A DNA stretch of 64,000 bases from Trichodelitschia bisporula (taxonomy: Eukaryota), in NCBI GenBank assembly GCA_010356995.1, contig ML996691.1, positions 316,174 to 380,173 of the forward strand, in the 5' to 3' direction. The notes under the pieces were generated by a model. The model saw only the letters and a program-made list of their open reading frames with translations. It did no database searches and was not told the DNA's origin. Positions 35,776 to 47,149 of this stretch are shown here, one piece after another. Made by a program: the position numbers and the translations under genes. Each line of letters opens with the position of its first letter. Positions within the stretch are counted from its first letter, which is position 1.

Positions 35776-37133
35776 CTAGACAGGGCGAGGCTTGCCCTTA
35801 GTCGCCTTCTTCGCCTTCGCATCCTCCTTCTTCTTCTTCTTGCTCTCCTGAATACGCTCCTCGTTTTTGCGCTTCAGTTTCTCCTGCTCCTCTGGCGTCC
35901 GAGCAACAGGCTTGAAGAAACCCTCAAGCCGACTCTGCTGCGCAGTCTTCAGGTTCTTCTGCAGACGCGCCGCGCCACTACGAACACGGTCCTCGCTGAA
36001 TCCCTTTTCCTGGACTAGGAACTTGACCAGACCGTCAACGTCGGGCTGCTCCCACTTGATGTCGCACTCGGGGTCGCTCGCGGGGCGCACATCAGGCGCA
36101 ACGAACAGCTGACGGGCATCTTCATAGGGCCAGTCATCCGGAATAATCAACTTGGTCGAGCCCTTGATGTGCTCGAGCACGCCTTCGAGGGTCTTGTGCT
36201 CACGGATCAACTTCAGTGCTGTGGTAGCGCCGACGCCCTTGATCGGGTCGAGATAATCGCAGCCGAGCAGGATGCAGAGATCGATGAACTGGGAGGTTAG
36301 AGAGGGAGCAAGATCTACGGTATTAGCTCACCTGGGGCCGCTCCATGCCCATCCCCTCAAGCACCTTATCGAGATGAATCTCAAGAATCGGCTCCTTACG
36401 CTGCTCGCTGAAGGTCAAGTGCCGCAGCAGGATAGGCGTATTGAAAGTCAAAGTATCCATATCCTCCGACGCCGCAGCATACACCTTCCCCGCACGTGCC
36501 AGCTCCGCGCACTGGGCCTCCGCCTCCGTCGGCGCAATAATGTACGGAATACCCATAAGCTTAAGCAGCCGCCGGCACTCCTCATTATGCTCGCGCGTAA
36601 CGCGGACAGTCCGCCGCGAAAAGCGCTCAATATCCTCCGCCGTACCCGTTTCCTTCGCCTCCTCGACCGCCTCCGTCGCTTCCGCCTTGCGCTGGAAACG
36701 CTTGGCCAGTTCGCCGGACTTGAGCTTGGGCGGCTTGCCGTCGAAGACGTAGACGGGCTTGATTCCGTTGTCGACCATGCGCAGCGTGCGGTAGAAGAGG
36801 CCCATTAGGTGCGAGGTTGTTTCGCCGGTTTCGTTGGTGAGTTGCTGGCCGTCGGTGCGCACGGCGATGAGGAAGCTGTAGATGGACATGGAACTGGGGG
36901 ATTAGACGAGAAGAGTGCATGAGCGGTAAGGCTTACGCATCCTGCGACGGTTAGGATCTGGTACGGGAAGGGACGGAAGGCTTACAATGGCGACTTTGCG
37001 ACCGAACTGATGCTTGATCTCGCCCTTCTTGATGGAGTCGGGTGCTTCCTCCTCGATCACCTTGAACAAGTCTTGACTGTGAGTACATTGTTGCGCTTGT
37101 GATTTGTAGTGCGTACGTACTTTTGATACCCAT
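35776..37133 (-). CDS. FEN1: Flap endonuclease 1 (Rad27)
   Basis: MGIK start, [43 protein letters not shown] and PIP box QSRLEGFF; several short introns. Confidence 0.95.
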
Positions 37134-37840
37134 CTTGACTGCTGCTGGATGCTAGACGTAGTGTACTGGAGAAGATGCGAAAGTGAATTTGCGGGCGCGT
37201 CGAAAGTCGCGCGTGGGCAACGCTCAGTCACGGGCCCGCGCGTCATCGATTTGGCCTCTCCGCCAATCATCCGCGAGGAGCATATTCACTCATTCACAGA
37301 CTTCAGTTAGTCACTTCAATCGAACATCAAACTATGGAGAAGTTCGTTATCGCAAGTATGAGACTATCTAGGTGCATCAAGTGAGTCAATGGAGGCAGAA
37401 GACGCGTCAGTACTCTGTAAACAGGGCTGAACGTTGGAGCCCGGCCGACTCCGGGAGAATTCGGTTCGTCAACCAGCCCAACAGCGATACCCGAATTGGC
37501 AGCCTGGTGCTAGCAGTGAACTCGAAATTGGCATAGAAGAATGCCCTAAGGCTGAATTTACCATCCTCATTGGGTAGCTTGTTTACAGCCTCGAAGCCGA
37601 CGCGGAGATGTCTCCACAAAAGACTCCATAGCAAGTACTTTCAATCCCGTCCTTGCCGTGCGAGCCGCCACTCCTCGGCATTTCCCCTTCCCCAGCTTGG
37701 TGGCGGGGGCTTACCGAGCTCCGTCATAGACCGGCTTCGGAACCGGCCAGCTCTTAACCACCCCGGCTTCCACCCGAACATCGCAACTTCAACGCATTGC
37801 CACTTCGATATCATCTCTCCTCTCTCAATTGCCCTTCATC

Positions 37841-39353
37841 ATGCTCGCCCAACAAGTCCCGCGCCACCTGCGCTCCGCCGCCCGCTCTCTTCCCCGCCAA
37901 CTCTCTCGCGCCGCCTCCTCAAATGCCGCTGCCTTTGACTGGCGGGACCCGCTAGGTGCTAAGCATCTGCTAACGGAGGACGAGGCGGCTATTGCCGAGA
38001 CGGCGGAGGCTTATTGTCAGGAACGGTTGCTGCCGCGCGTGCTAGGTATGCTCTCATAAGTTGTTCATACTTCCACTTCTCCTTTGGCCCGGTTAATGTG
38101 TCTCACGATCATATGATGAATCTGAAATACCCAACCTGAACGTCTGCAATGTGGACCAATATCCTCTAAGGAATAACCGCTAACCCAACTAGAGGCCTAC
38201 CGCAACGAAGACTATGACCGCAAAATCCTCCTAGAAATGGGCGAACTCGGCCTCCTCGGCGCCACCATCAAAGGCCACGACTGCGCCGGCGTCTCTTCCG
38301 TCGCCAGCGGGCTCATCACCCGCGCCGTCGAACGCGTCGACAGCGGCTACCGCAGCGGCATGTCCGTGCAATCCTCCCTCGTGATGGGCGGCATCGACGA
38401 ATGGGGCACGACGGAACAAAAAGAGCGCTTCCTCCCCGGTATGGCCCGCGGCCAAATCCTCGGCTGCTTCGGGTTGACCGAACCCAACCATGGGTCCGAC
38501 CCGGGCAGCATGGAGAGCGTGGCCCGGGCCCACCCGACGAAGAAGGATACGTACTTGTTGTCGGGGAGCAAGACGTGGATCACGAATAGCCCGATTGCGG
38601 ATGTCCTGCTTGTGTGGGCGAAGTTGGCGGATACGGGCAAGATCCGCGGCTTCCTGATCGAGCGCTCGAAGTGCCCGCCCGGCACACTCGAGACGCCCCC
38701 GCTGAAGAACAAGAACGGCCTCAGGGCCTCCATCACCGGCATGATCCAGATGGACGACGTGCCCGTCCCCGCCGAGAACATGTTCCCGACCGTTGAGGGC
38801 CTGCGCGGTCCGTTCGGATGTCTCAATTCCGCGCGTTTTGGCATCGCGTGGGGCGTGATGGGCGCGCTTGAGGATTGTATCTCCAGGGCGCGCGAGTATG
38901 CTTTGGAGCGCAAGCAGTTCAAGGGCAATCCGCTTGCGCGTTATCAGCTTGTGCAGAAGAAGCTGGCGGAGGCGGCGACGGACGCGGCGTACGGCACGCT
39001 GGCTGCGTATCAGGTGGGTCGGTTGAAGGATGAGGGGAAGGCGACGCCGGAGATGATTAGTATGATTAAGAGGCGGAATTGTGATACGGCGCTGCAGCAC
39101 TCGCGGATGTAAGTGTCGGTTAGTATTGTGGGAATGGCGCTGACAGATGTAGACTGCAGGAGATCTTTGGGGGGAATGCTGCGAGTGATGAGTACCACAT
39201 TGGGCGGCATGTGTCGAACTTGTTTGTTACGCAGACGTATGAGGGGCAGAGTGATATCCATGGTAAGCTTTGTTCACTTTTGGAGTCTTATAGCTGACAA
39301 TTTTAGCTCTCATTCTTGGTCGCGCCATCACTGGTGTGCAAGCGTTTTGTTAG
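37841..39353 (+). CDS. GCDH: Mitochondrial glutaryl-CoA dehydrogenase (acyl-CoA dehydrogenase family)
   Basis: Arg/Ser-rich presequence, [58 protein letters not shown]; introns 38046-38192, 39109-39152 and 39263-39306. Confidence 0.92.
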
Positions 39354-39780
39354 GCGGTGCGCCGGTTGCTTGCGAGGTTCTTTTGCATGGCGGATTTGGT
39401 CACTTTTTGTATGGAGCACAGTACAGATAACCATAAAAGCACAGTCTATTGTCAGTTCAGCATAAGCTTGAAGCGGAGCTTCGCCAACTCAGCCTTCTCG
39501 ACCATGACTTCAAATGCCATCCCGGACCGAGCCAGGCTACAGTCTATACCTCGGCACGACATCACGCACCTCGTCTCGAGCAAAAAAAGCGCAGCAGATC
39601 CGGTTTAGATGCTATGTTTCAAGCACTGTCTCTAGGCCTTACCTTCGTTCATTGCTGCCGATGAGCTTACCTCGTACACCACTGTCCGGTTCACTCCGCT
39701 GAACCGCTGACAGCGCTCCTCGGGTCCGGCCCATGGTAATCAGCTAGCTGTACATGATAGCTTTTCGCCATCTGCCCAGC

Positions 39781-39898
39781 ACATACGGCCACAGGTCGCT
39801 GAGAACACCAGTCCCCGTCTGCTCACTGAAGTTAAACAGCGAACCGGTTGATTAGTAGTTGCGTGGGTGACCAGCAGCGAATCCCAACTGCTGTATGT
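39781..39898 (+). rRNA. 5S rRNA gene (dispersed copy)
   Basis: 118 nt, ACATAC...GTATGT terminal helix, internal TTAGTAGTT...GGGTGACCA...GCGAATCCC, followed by an oligo-T Pol III terminator. Confidence 0.9.
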
Positions 39899-40075
39899 TT
39901 TTGTCTTTCTGCACTCGGCGAGTCTTCTGTTTGGCTAGCCGGTCGGGTGAGGGTTGGTCCGTTGCTCAACGCAAGCTGAATCTAGCCTGAGACCTCCTTG
40001 GAAGTGTGATTATGCTCTTTTGATGAGGTTGTTAGCCTTCCGTTAGCTATTATTTTGTTGCCTCCACAGCCCAGC

Positions 40076-40201
40076 ACATACAGCCATAGGGCCATAGGTC
40101 AAAGAGAACACCAGTCCCCGGCTGCTCACTGAAGTTAAGCTTTCAACCGTTTGACTAGTAGTTGTGTGGGTGATCAGCAGCGAATCCCAACTGCTGTATG
40201 T
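40076..40201 (+). rRNA. Second, divergent 5S rRNA copy with an 8-nt internal duplication (variant or pseudogene)
   Basis: Aligns with 39781-39898; GCCATAGG is tandemly duplicated near the 5' end; oligo-T terminator follows. Confidence 0.8.
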
Positions 40202-40947
40202 TTTTATCTTCAGGGGCTTTGATTGGTCTACGCCGTGTTGAGTAGTATCCAGCTTCACGTTCGACCTTTACACGTCTACCGGGAAGCTTCCTACAGAAAG
40301 CTTGGAGCGAGTCCAAGCAACGAAGTACCTACCAAAGGCACGGACAATCGTTTCGCGCTTTTCATAGGAAGTTTCGCAGTCGATGTCTAAAGGTCGAAGG
40401 TGAGACTGAATACCCGACAATGGCGTGGTCGATGATAGACGGCGGAAGCCGGCCAAAGCTTTTTTACTGTCACTCGCAATCCAGAGAACAGGGAAATGAT
40501 TGAAGGTAGACCAGTCGAGGCTGAAACGGGGGGTTTTTTTTAAATAAGGGAGTCCAGTTCCAAGGCAAGGGCGGATCTCTGCGTGGTTGAAAGCGCATAC
40601 AAGCCTCCGAAGGTATGTATTCCAATCCTACGCCTGCTTGCCTTTATCAATAGCCGATATCGGTACTCACGAGGCGCAACAGCAACACTGTTCGCAGACG
40701 TCGACCGCGGCCAAGGTACCACCGAGTCAGCCTTAAGATCATCTCACATACCCACCATCACCCGCCCAAAACGGAGCCTCACCAAGCCTCCCTCCCATCA
40801 ACCCCCCAGGGACCTACTCCACCGGAGCACCCACCCACTAACCCTCCCCACCCTCCTCAACCTCCATCACGTCCCCCCATCCCCACCCCCTCACCCCTCA
40901 AAGAACGCGCAACCCACCTCCCCAACCCACACAAGAGTGAATTTCAC

Positions 40948-41074
40948 ATAAAGCGCCGGCCAACCCTCGGCTCGTACCCACAGTTCCCAGGGGAGGGCAC
41001 GGTATTAATCTACGCGGGCCGCGGGACGAGCGTCGCAATATATATGCGTACCCCGAGGCTTAACAGGCGTTTTA
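40948..41074 (-). ncRNA. Candidate structured non-coding RNA element (branched stem-loop)
   Basis: Arms 40948-40970 and 41053-41074 are complementary; C-A mismatches on + become G-U pairs on -; a minus-strand intron lies upstream; no credible ORF. Confidence 0.35.
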
Positions 41075-41915
41075 TAGTTTGCGCCGAGAGGGAGTGTCGG
41101 TGGGGTGGGAGGGGGATGGGGGCGGGGTTTTGTGAGATAAGGGGAGTGAGTGGGTGAGATGACGTTGCTTGGAGGTGTCTGGGGGGTCGAGTTAGCTAGG
41201 CTAGGGGTCCACGAGCGCTGGAGCTGTGTCTGTACCTGGGCTGTACCTGGTCTGTACCTGGGTTGTCTGCGCGAACGGTTAAAGTGCGTGCGCGGCTTTG
41301 AGGGACTTTGCGGATCGGGCCATGTAGCGGATGCCGGCGGTTCGCTGTGCTATGCGTAAGGTATGTAAGCTGAAGTTAGAGATGGAGAGGGGTGTGCGGG
41401 GTGCTGTAAATTGTAGATGCCATATCCGTCCGTGTGGCGTTTTGTGGTGGCAATGATTGGCTAAAATGCTTGAGTCCATTCAACTTCATGGCATTTGGAC
41501 CTCTAGAGGATGAACCGAGTTTGCAAGGAGATATCACCTTTGTGTGGTGAAAGTGGAGTCAATTGGAGACTTCTTTACTTCGTACTGATGACTTTATCGG
41601 CTCGAGTCACAGCACTAGACAACAGGGCAGCTGCTCCAGGGTACTTCGCCCGGAGTGGTTGAATCTCAGTGAACGGTCTTCGAAGACTACGTGGACAAAG
41701 AGGTCTTTAAGATTGTTAGCTGCATAAAACGAGGTAGTGCAAATGCAAGCTTATCTTCGTTGATGAGGAAGGTCGAGGGTCGCCATGAATCAACACCAGA
41801 TTGATGCCGACAAAATAGCGAATGTACGCCGTGTGTTGCCTATCTCTCAACGTCAAGTTCTCGACTTGTATGAGTGTCCCTCGATTCGGTTTGCTTTGTC
41901 GAATCAGCAGAGACA

Positions 41916-42194
41916 ATGATAGATGTTATCGATGATGATCTTATAAACGAGTTCCAGATGGAGCATGCTCAGATCCCGGAACATGGCCGTCTTCGCTTGA
42001 AGTTGGACGCCGTGATATTGAGCCTCGTACACCGCATTGAGCGTATAATGTGGATTATTCGATCTATTAAAGAGCAGCGTAAGCAAGATGTTAATGACTT
42101 GTGTGATGACTTAACAAGAGCCGATTACGAAGTGGACATGTTTCGGCACCCCGTCCTGAATACCCGATCCGACATCGGCGAGACATCCGCCTAG
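41916..42194 (+). CDS. Possible small hypothetical protein or gene relic (92 aa, helical)
   Basis: ATG-initiated ORF with protein-like composition; no recognisable motif. Confidence 0.25.
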   Translation: MIDVIDDDLINEFQMEHAQIPEHGRLRLKLDAVILSLVHRIERIMWIIRSIKEQRKQDVNDLCDDLTRADYEVDMFRHPVLNTRSDIGETSA

Positions 42195-43673
42195 ACTCCC
42201 CGAATCGAGGACACACCTCCGCCATGACAGGCCCCAACGCGCACATGTCATGCAGTAAACGGCCAATGGCGCAGCGCAACAGGCAATTTATGCGTTTGAC
42301 AAGGCACCCCGGGACGCGGGCTGGGAATGCGAGATGTTCGGATCGGTGGGAGTGTCGGTGGTGAGAAGTGGAACGAGGGTGATTCTGATACTGACGGCGG
42401 CACTCGGCAGTCAGCGTACGGTAGAATACATCTGAGACCCAAAGGATGCCGAGCAACGGTATCGAGAATTGGTACTGAACAGAGATAGCAGTTGCGCGCA
42501 GCAATGGACTGTCAACGATCCATCCTCGTACAGCTCTTCTCGTCCGCAAGGCTGAGAACGCCCGAGGAACAAATCGACAGACGATCAACGCGCAACTCTT
42601 CCTAAGGTACAGCCATATCCCCATTCATATCCAACCTCAACTCCCTCCCGCGCCGCACCTGTCATCCCGTCAAACCCCCTCCATGAATCATCCCCCCCAT
42701 CCGCCACAAAAGCCCACCGCTTTGAAATCCGCGCCCAGCGTCCGCATGCACCCCCCGCCCAAACCAGTCGCGCCCAAAACCCGCGCTCGTGGGTTCTGCG
42801 CAAGCTATGCAGGCTCAAGCGAAGCCGCACACGCGAACCGAAGCGAACCCGCAAACAGCCGCAGCAGCCGCAGAAAGCGCCGGAGACATCCGCGGGGAGG
42901 GGTAAGAAGCAGACGAAGACGCTCCTCGCCTTTTGTCGTCCATTCGTACTTCGTACTTCGTAGATCACCCCGCTTCCATCGTTCGTCGACCTTCCCGTGC
43001 CGCGATGCCACCAATCGTAGCCAGTGAATCCTTCCCCACACTGCGCCCTCACAAACCTCGGCGCGGCGAACGCAGACGTCAGGCGGCGGGCATCGGTCGA
43101 CGATCAGAAGAAGTAAAACGTGCGCTCCAGCATCAAACCTCCCTGTCCACCATCTTCATCTGCATCTCCCAGGGATACCGATCGGTAAACACCTCCACCC
43201 TTTCCATTCCTTGTCCTCGTCCTGGCCCTTCTCCCAGAATCATATCCCAAGACCCCCCCCGCCCCCCCGCTCCCACCATCCAGGGAATCCGATCCCTCGC
43301 CGCCAGCCCTCCCAAATCGCTTACCCCAGTCAAGCGCATCCCGGCCCCGGCCACCGTTGCTAAATCTCCGAATAGCTTCTAGAATTGCCAGCCAGCGTCG
43401 CACCACACCAGAGTGTACCGCAAATCCCGTAACACAAGCAACTTACTCCCCTCACCTCACACTCTTCCAAAATCCCTCTTCCCTTCAATCATTCCCGAAT
43501 ACCAATTCATACTGACCTACCATAGCTTATGCCCAGCACCGACACCGGAACTTCCCCTCCCTCCCCCTCCCCACCAAAGCGCCCCGATCACAAACGCCAC
43601 CCCCCATCACACCCCCCCATCACACCCCCCCTGCCCACACCCCCTGCCCACACCCCTTGCCCGCACCCCTGCC

Positions 43674-43780
43674 GCCCACGCTTACCCCGCAGGCCTATCC
43701 CCGCTAGCATGCAGCGGTTCGTCGCCGCGGGCGGGCCCGACTCGCGGGGATCACCCTGCGGGGCGGGAGGGCACGTGGGT
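43674..43780 (+). ncRNA. Candidate structured non-coding RNA element (nested stems with branched apex)
   Basis: CCCACG/CGTGGG, CCCCGCAGG/CCTGCGGGG and ATCCCCGC/GCGGGGAT nested perfect helices; intron-like branch and acceptor upstream, ending at 43525. Confidence 0.3.
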
Positions 43781-44421
43781 TTGTAGTCGGCCAGCAATTT
43801 TAGGTGGTGAGGATCAGACTGGATTATGGACTGCTCAAGGCAACTAATGCTTTGCCATTGTGGATGTATTCCGCGCAAGTACGCAGGTGTGTGCTATGCC
43901 CGCCTATGCTTCAGACCTCCGCCCACCAGCCGTGACCTACGGTACACTACCCCATACCTATCCCCATACCCATCCCCGTCCCCATTACACATTACCCCCA
44001 ATCCCCCCCTCTCCCAACCCCACCATAGCCGCATCAAACCCAACCATGCAGTGGATATCATCAAAGCCACGTGCGCCCAAGCGCCCCAAACACGCCGTCC
44101 CCTCGCTTCTCTCCCCCTCTCCTCAGCACCGGAGCCTTCTCCTTCCCCCTTTCCTCCCCCGCAAGCCCCGATCACCGATCCCGCCCACGCCCCCGCCACG
44201 CGCACCCCTGCCGTGGGCGCGCTGCAGACGCGTTTTGCGGGGCGCTGTCGCTGCGGCGCGGTGCGGCGCAGTGTGCGGGGTCGACGGTTCTGTAATTGTA
44301 TGTGTAGATGGACGGAGAGACGCGGAACCGCGCTCGTCAGACGTATTCTCCACCGGGTTCAACGCGTCCGCATACCACGCGCGTCCCTTGCCCGCCACTC
44401 ATTCTCTCGTCCTCGCCGCAT

Positions 44422-47149
44422 CTACCCCACAACCTTAACATACGCCATACTCGGACTGCGCATATTCATCCTCCGCCTCTCCTCCGCCTGGCGCACCAAC
44501 TCCGCCGCCAGCTTCAGACTAGGCGCAAGATGCGCATACCGCTGCACCTCCACCACAACGCCGTCGATGATCGAGTTCAGCTCCTGCGGGCGAGGGAGTA
44601 GCGTCGCTAGGCTGGGGCTCATGCTCGCGCCCATGACGAGCAACGCCTGAGATACAATGCTCAGCGCCCCTTGCCAGAGGTAGGGCAGATGACCGGCGTG
44701 ATGTGCGGTGATGCACTCGAGCTGTCGTATGCATGCCTCGAGACACCGGCGGCAGTTTTCTGACACCGCTGGATCTAAAAAGGCGGCTTCTTTGATAAGC
44801 ACGGCGAGGACGTAGGGCCGGTAAATAATCGTGCGGCACGCGAAGTAGCGCAGTCTTAGGACCGTTTGCACGGGACTCGAGAGCGGCGTGTGCCCGAGGA
44901 CGAATTGCACCCCCGTGGGTAGGTTTTGGTACCACTCCGTCAGGCTGGCGTCGAGTTCGCCGACCACCGGGTCCAGCGCGGCGGTGCTGGTGATAGGCGA
45001 GGATTTGGAGTATATCATGTTGGAGACGCGGTTGAGCAGCCGGCGGAGCTCGATTTCAGCGACGAAGTAGCGCAGGTCGTCGATGCCGGGGGGTTCGGGT
45101 TCGGGGGGTGGAGGTGGATGGCCTGGGGGTATGGTCGGGGTTGTTTTTTCGAAGTGCTCGGGGAGGGAGACTAGGTTTTCGAATTGGATTATGCCGGAGT
45201 GGGGGAGCTCGAGTTCGGCGAGGAGATCGCTGGATGCGTTAGTGATACCTTTAGGAGTGAGTGGATAGGGGCGTACCTCTCGAACAGCAGCGCATTCCAG
45301 TACACCCGCTCTGCAAGCTTCTTGCTCGCCGACGACGCCACAGTGCTGCTCAGCAGCAACTGGAGCTTCATGCTCGTGCTGGCAAGCAGATTCCACGCCT
45401 CAAGCGGGCGCACCGTGTAGAACAGATAGGCTGCGGCGAGGATCTGGCACTGCGCCGCAAGCACGTCCGTGCGCATCATCAGGCTCGGCATAATGCCCCA
45501 CGCGGCGATAAAAAAGGGAAAGCCAGGCGCCTCCGCCTTGGGTGGGAGCTGCGAGATGCTGCCGCCCGTCTGCGCACATCCCAGCGCCAGAACAAGCAGC
45601 GCGATGCAGCTCTCCGCGCCCTCGCGGAAGTGCACCGCCTGCGCGTTGCGGTAGTAGCGGTGCCACGAGTGCGGGCTCACGCACGCATACCACACATTGA
45701 CGCGCTTGAAAAAGGCGTCCGCGTACTGCGCCGCATGGGTGAAATCCGGTGGCCGCGTGGTATACGGTAGCGGCTCGCGCTGCATCTCCAACTGCACCAG
45801 CACCTGCGGGTCCCAGCGGTGGGACACCAGATCGCGGATCTTAGGCCACTGGAGCAGGTTCAGCGCGGGCGTGGTGTGGTTGCGCGGCATCATAGAGAGC
45901 GGTGTGGGGGCTGTGGGAGTCGTGGTCGTTGCCGGACCCGTCGCCCACGTCCCGGCCACGCCGTTTGGCGACGATGCGGGGATGTTGACGCCGAGCGGCG
46001 GCGTAGAGTGCATAATAGGGGTAGGGGTTGAGCGGGCGCCGTGTCGCATAATCGCGTCGTCGCCGATTGTGCTGCTGCTGGTTGCGGCGGGGGAGTGAAC
46101 GGGGGGGAGGCCGTTGTGGAGAGGGGGCGCGGGAGTGGATGCCGCCGACGCCAGCTGGTGCTGTAGCAACGACTCAATCTTCTCCAAATGTTGGATGATC
46201 AGCTTGTCGCCTGCGTCGAGCTTGATGCCCGGCTCGCGGTACACGCACTCGGCGTTGAGCTCGGTGCACAGGCGACATTTAGGACGTGAGCCATCGCAGC
46301 GACTCTTACGAGATCGGCATATTTCGCACTATGAGCGAGGGGAGATCAGCCGGACGTTACGAGAGGCGGATGAGATATCACAGGAAAACGCAAGAAACAC
46401 GAAATGCAACGTACGGCTATGGTGGCTCGCCGGCGCGGGTAGTCAATTGTATCGGTACTGGGCCGTTTCCTAGGGTTTACACTCGAAGCGCGCAGATCGT
46501 TGTCCAGCGACCCGTGGACACCAGTGCCGGCCGACGGCGGCGACATAGCGGCATCGAGCGAGCCGGCGTCCATGCTCGACTTGTGCTGCAGCACCGGCTT
46601 GGCCTCGGCCGACGCCTCGCGGTCTGTGGAGGACTGCGACATGGTGCGCAGACGCGGCTTGATGTCTTCGGTCATGGAAACATTGTGCGCGAGCGCGTAG
46701 TGGAGCGAGTGGTGCGGGGGTGGGAGGGCGGGGGAGCTCGCTGGGTGGTGGATGCTGGGCGCGCTGTTGCTTCTGCTAAGAGTGCTGGGGTGGGATTGGG
46801 GGGGAGATAGCTGTTGCGCTGCGGGATTCGCGTGGTGGTGGTGGTGGTGGTGGTATTGGGGAACGAAGAACGAATTGGCGGACGCGGGGGGGGGGACTGC
46901 GAAGCTGGGCGTCTTATGCTGACGAAGCTGGGGAGAGGGGATGGCGAAACCGGAGGCTGCGGCGGCAGACACGGCGTCCGAATGGCTGATGGAGTGGTTA
47001 AAGCGGTGGTGATGCTGGTGATGTCCGAACGATGCAGCACCGTCAACTGGATCGATGCTGAGGGTAAAGGATTCGTGCGAGGGGAAAAAGCCATTCGGAG
47101 TTGCGACTGAGAGAGGACTTAAGTCTGGAGACAGAGGTGCAGAACCCAT
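44422..47149 (-). CDS. Zn(II)2Cys6 fungal transcription factor (possibly McrA/VAD-3-like; unverified)
   Basis: DYPRRRATIA-CEICRSRKSRCDGSRPKCRLCTELNAEC zinc cluster across intron 46329-46414; middle-homology region ERVYWNALLFE-SDLLAEL across intron 45230-45276; His-rich N-terminus. Confidence 0.9.

Noticed and set aside
38110..38170. TPP riboswitch or C/D snoRNA in the long first GCDH intron (ATGATGA...CTGAAATACCCAACCTGA)
   Set aside because: Lacks the GGNTAAT...GCG arm of the TPP aptamer; C and D boxes are only ~27 nt apart with no terminal D box. An Rfam scan would settle it.
38231..39100. Long antisense ORFs over GCDH (and similarly over the P450, PRI1, DBP3 and the first gene)
   Set aside because: Shadow ORFs expected from high GC3 codon usage; no motifs.
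42600..43890. Telomerase RNA, suggested by a branched hairpin followed by AATTTTAG, GTGAGG and a branch-like ACTAAT
   Set aside because: No TAACCCTAA-type template or U-rich pseudoknot found upstream on that strand, and the Sm-like site is imperfect.
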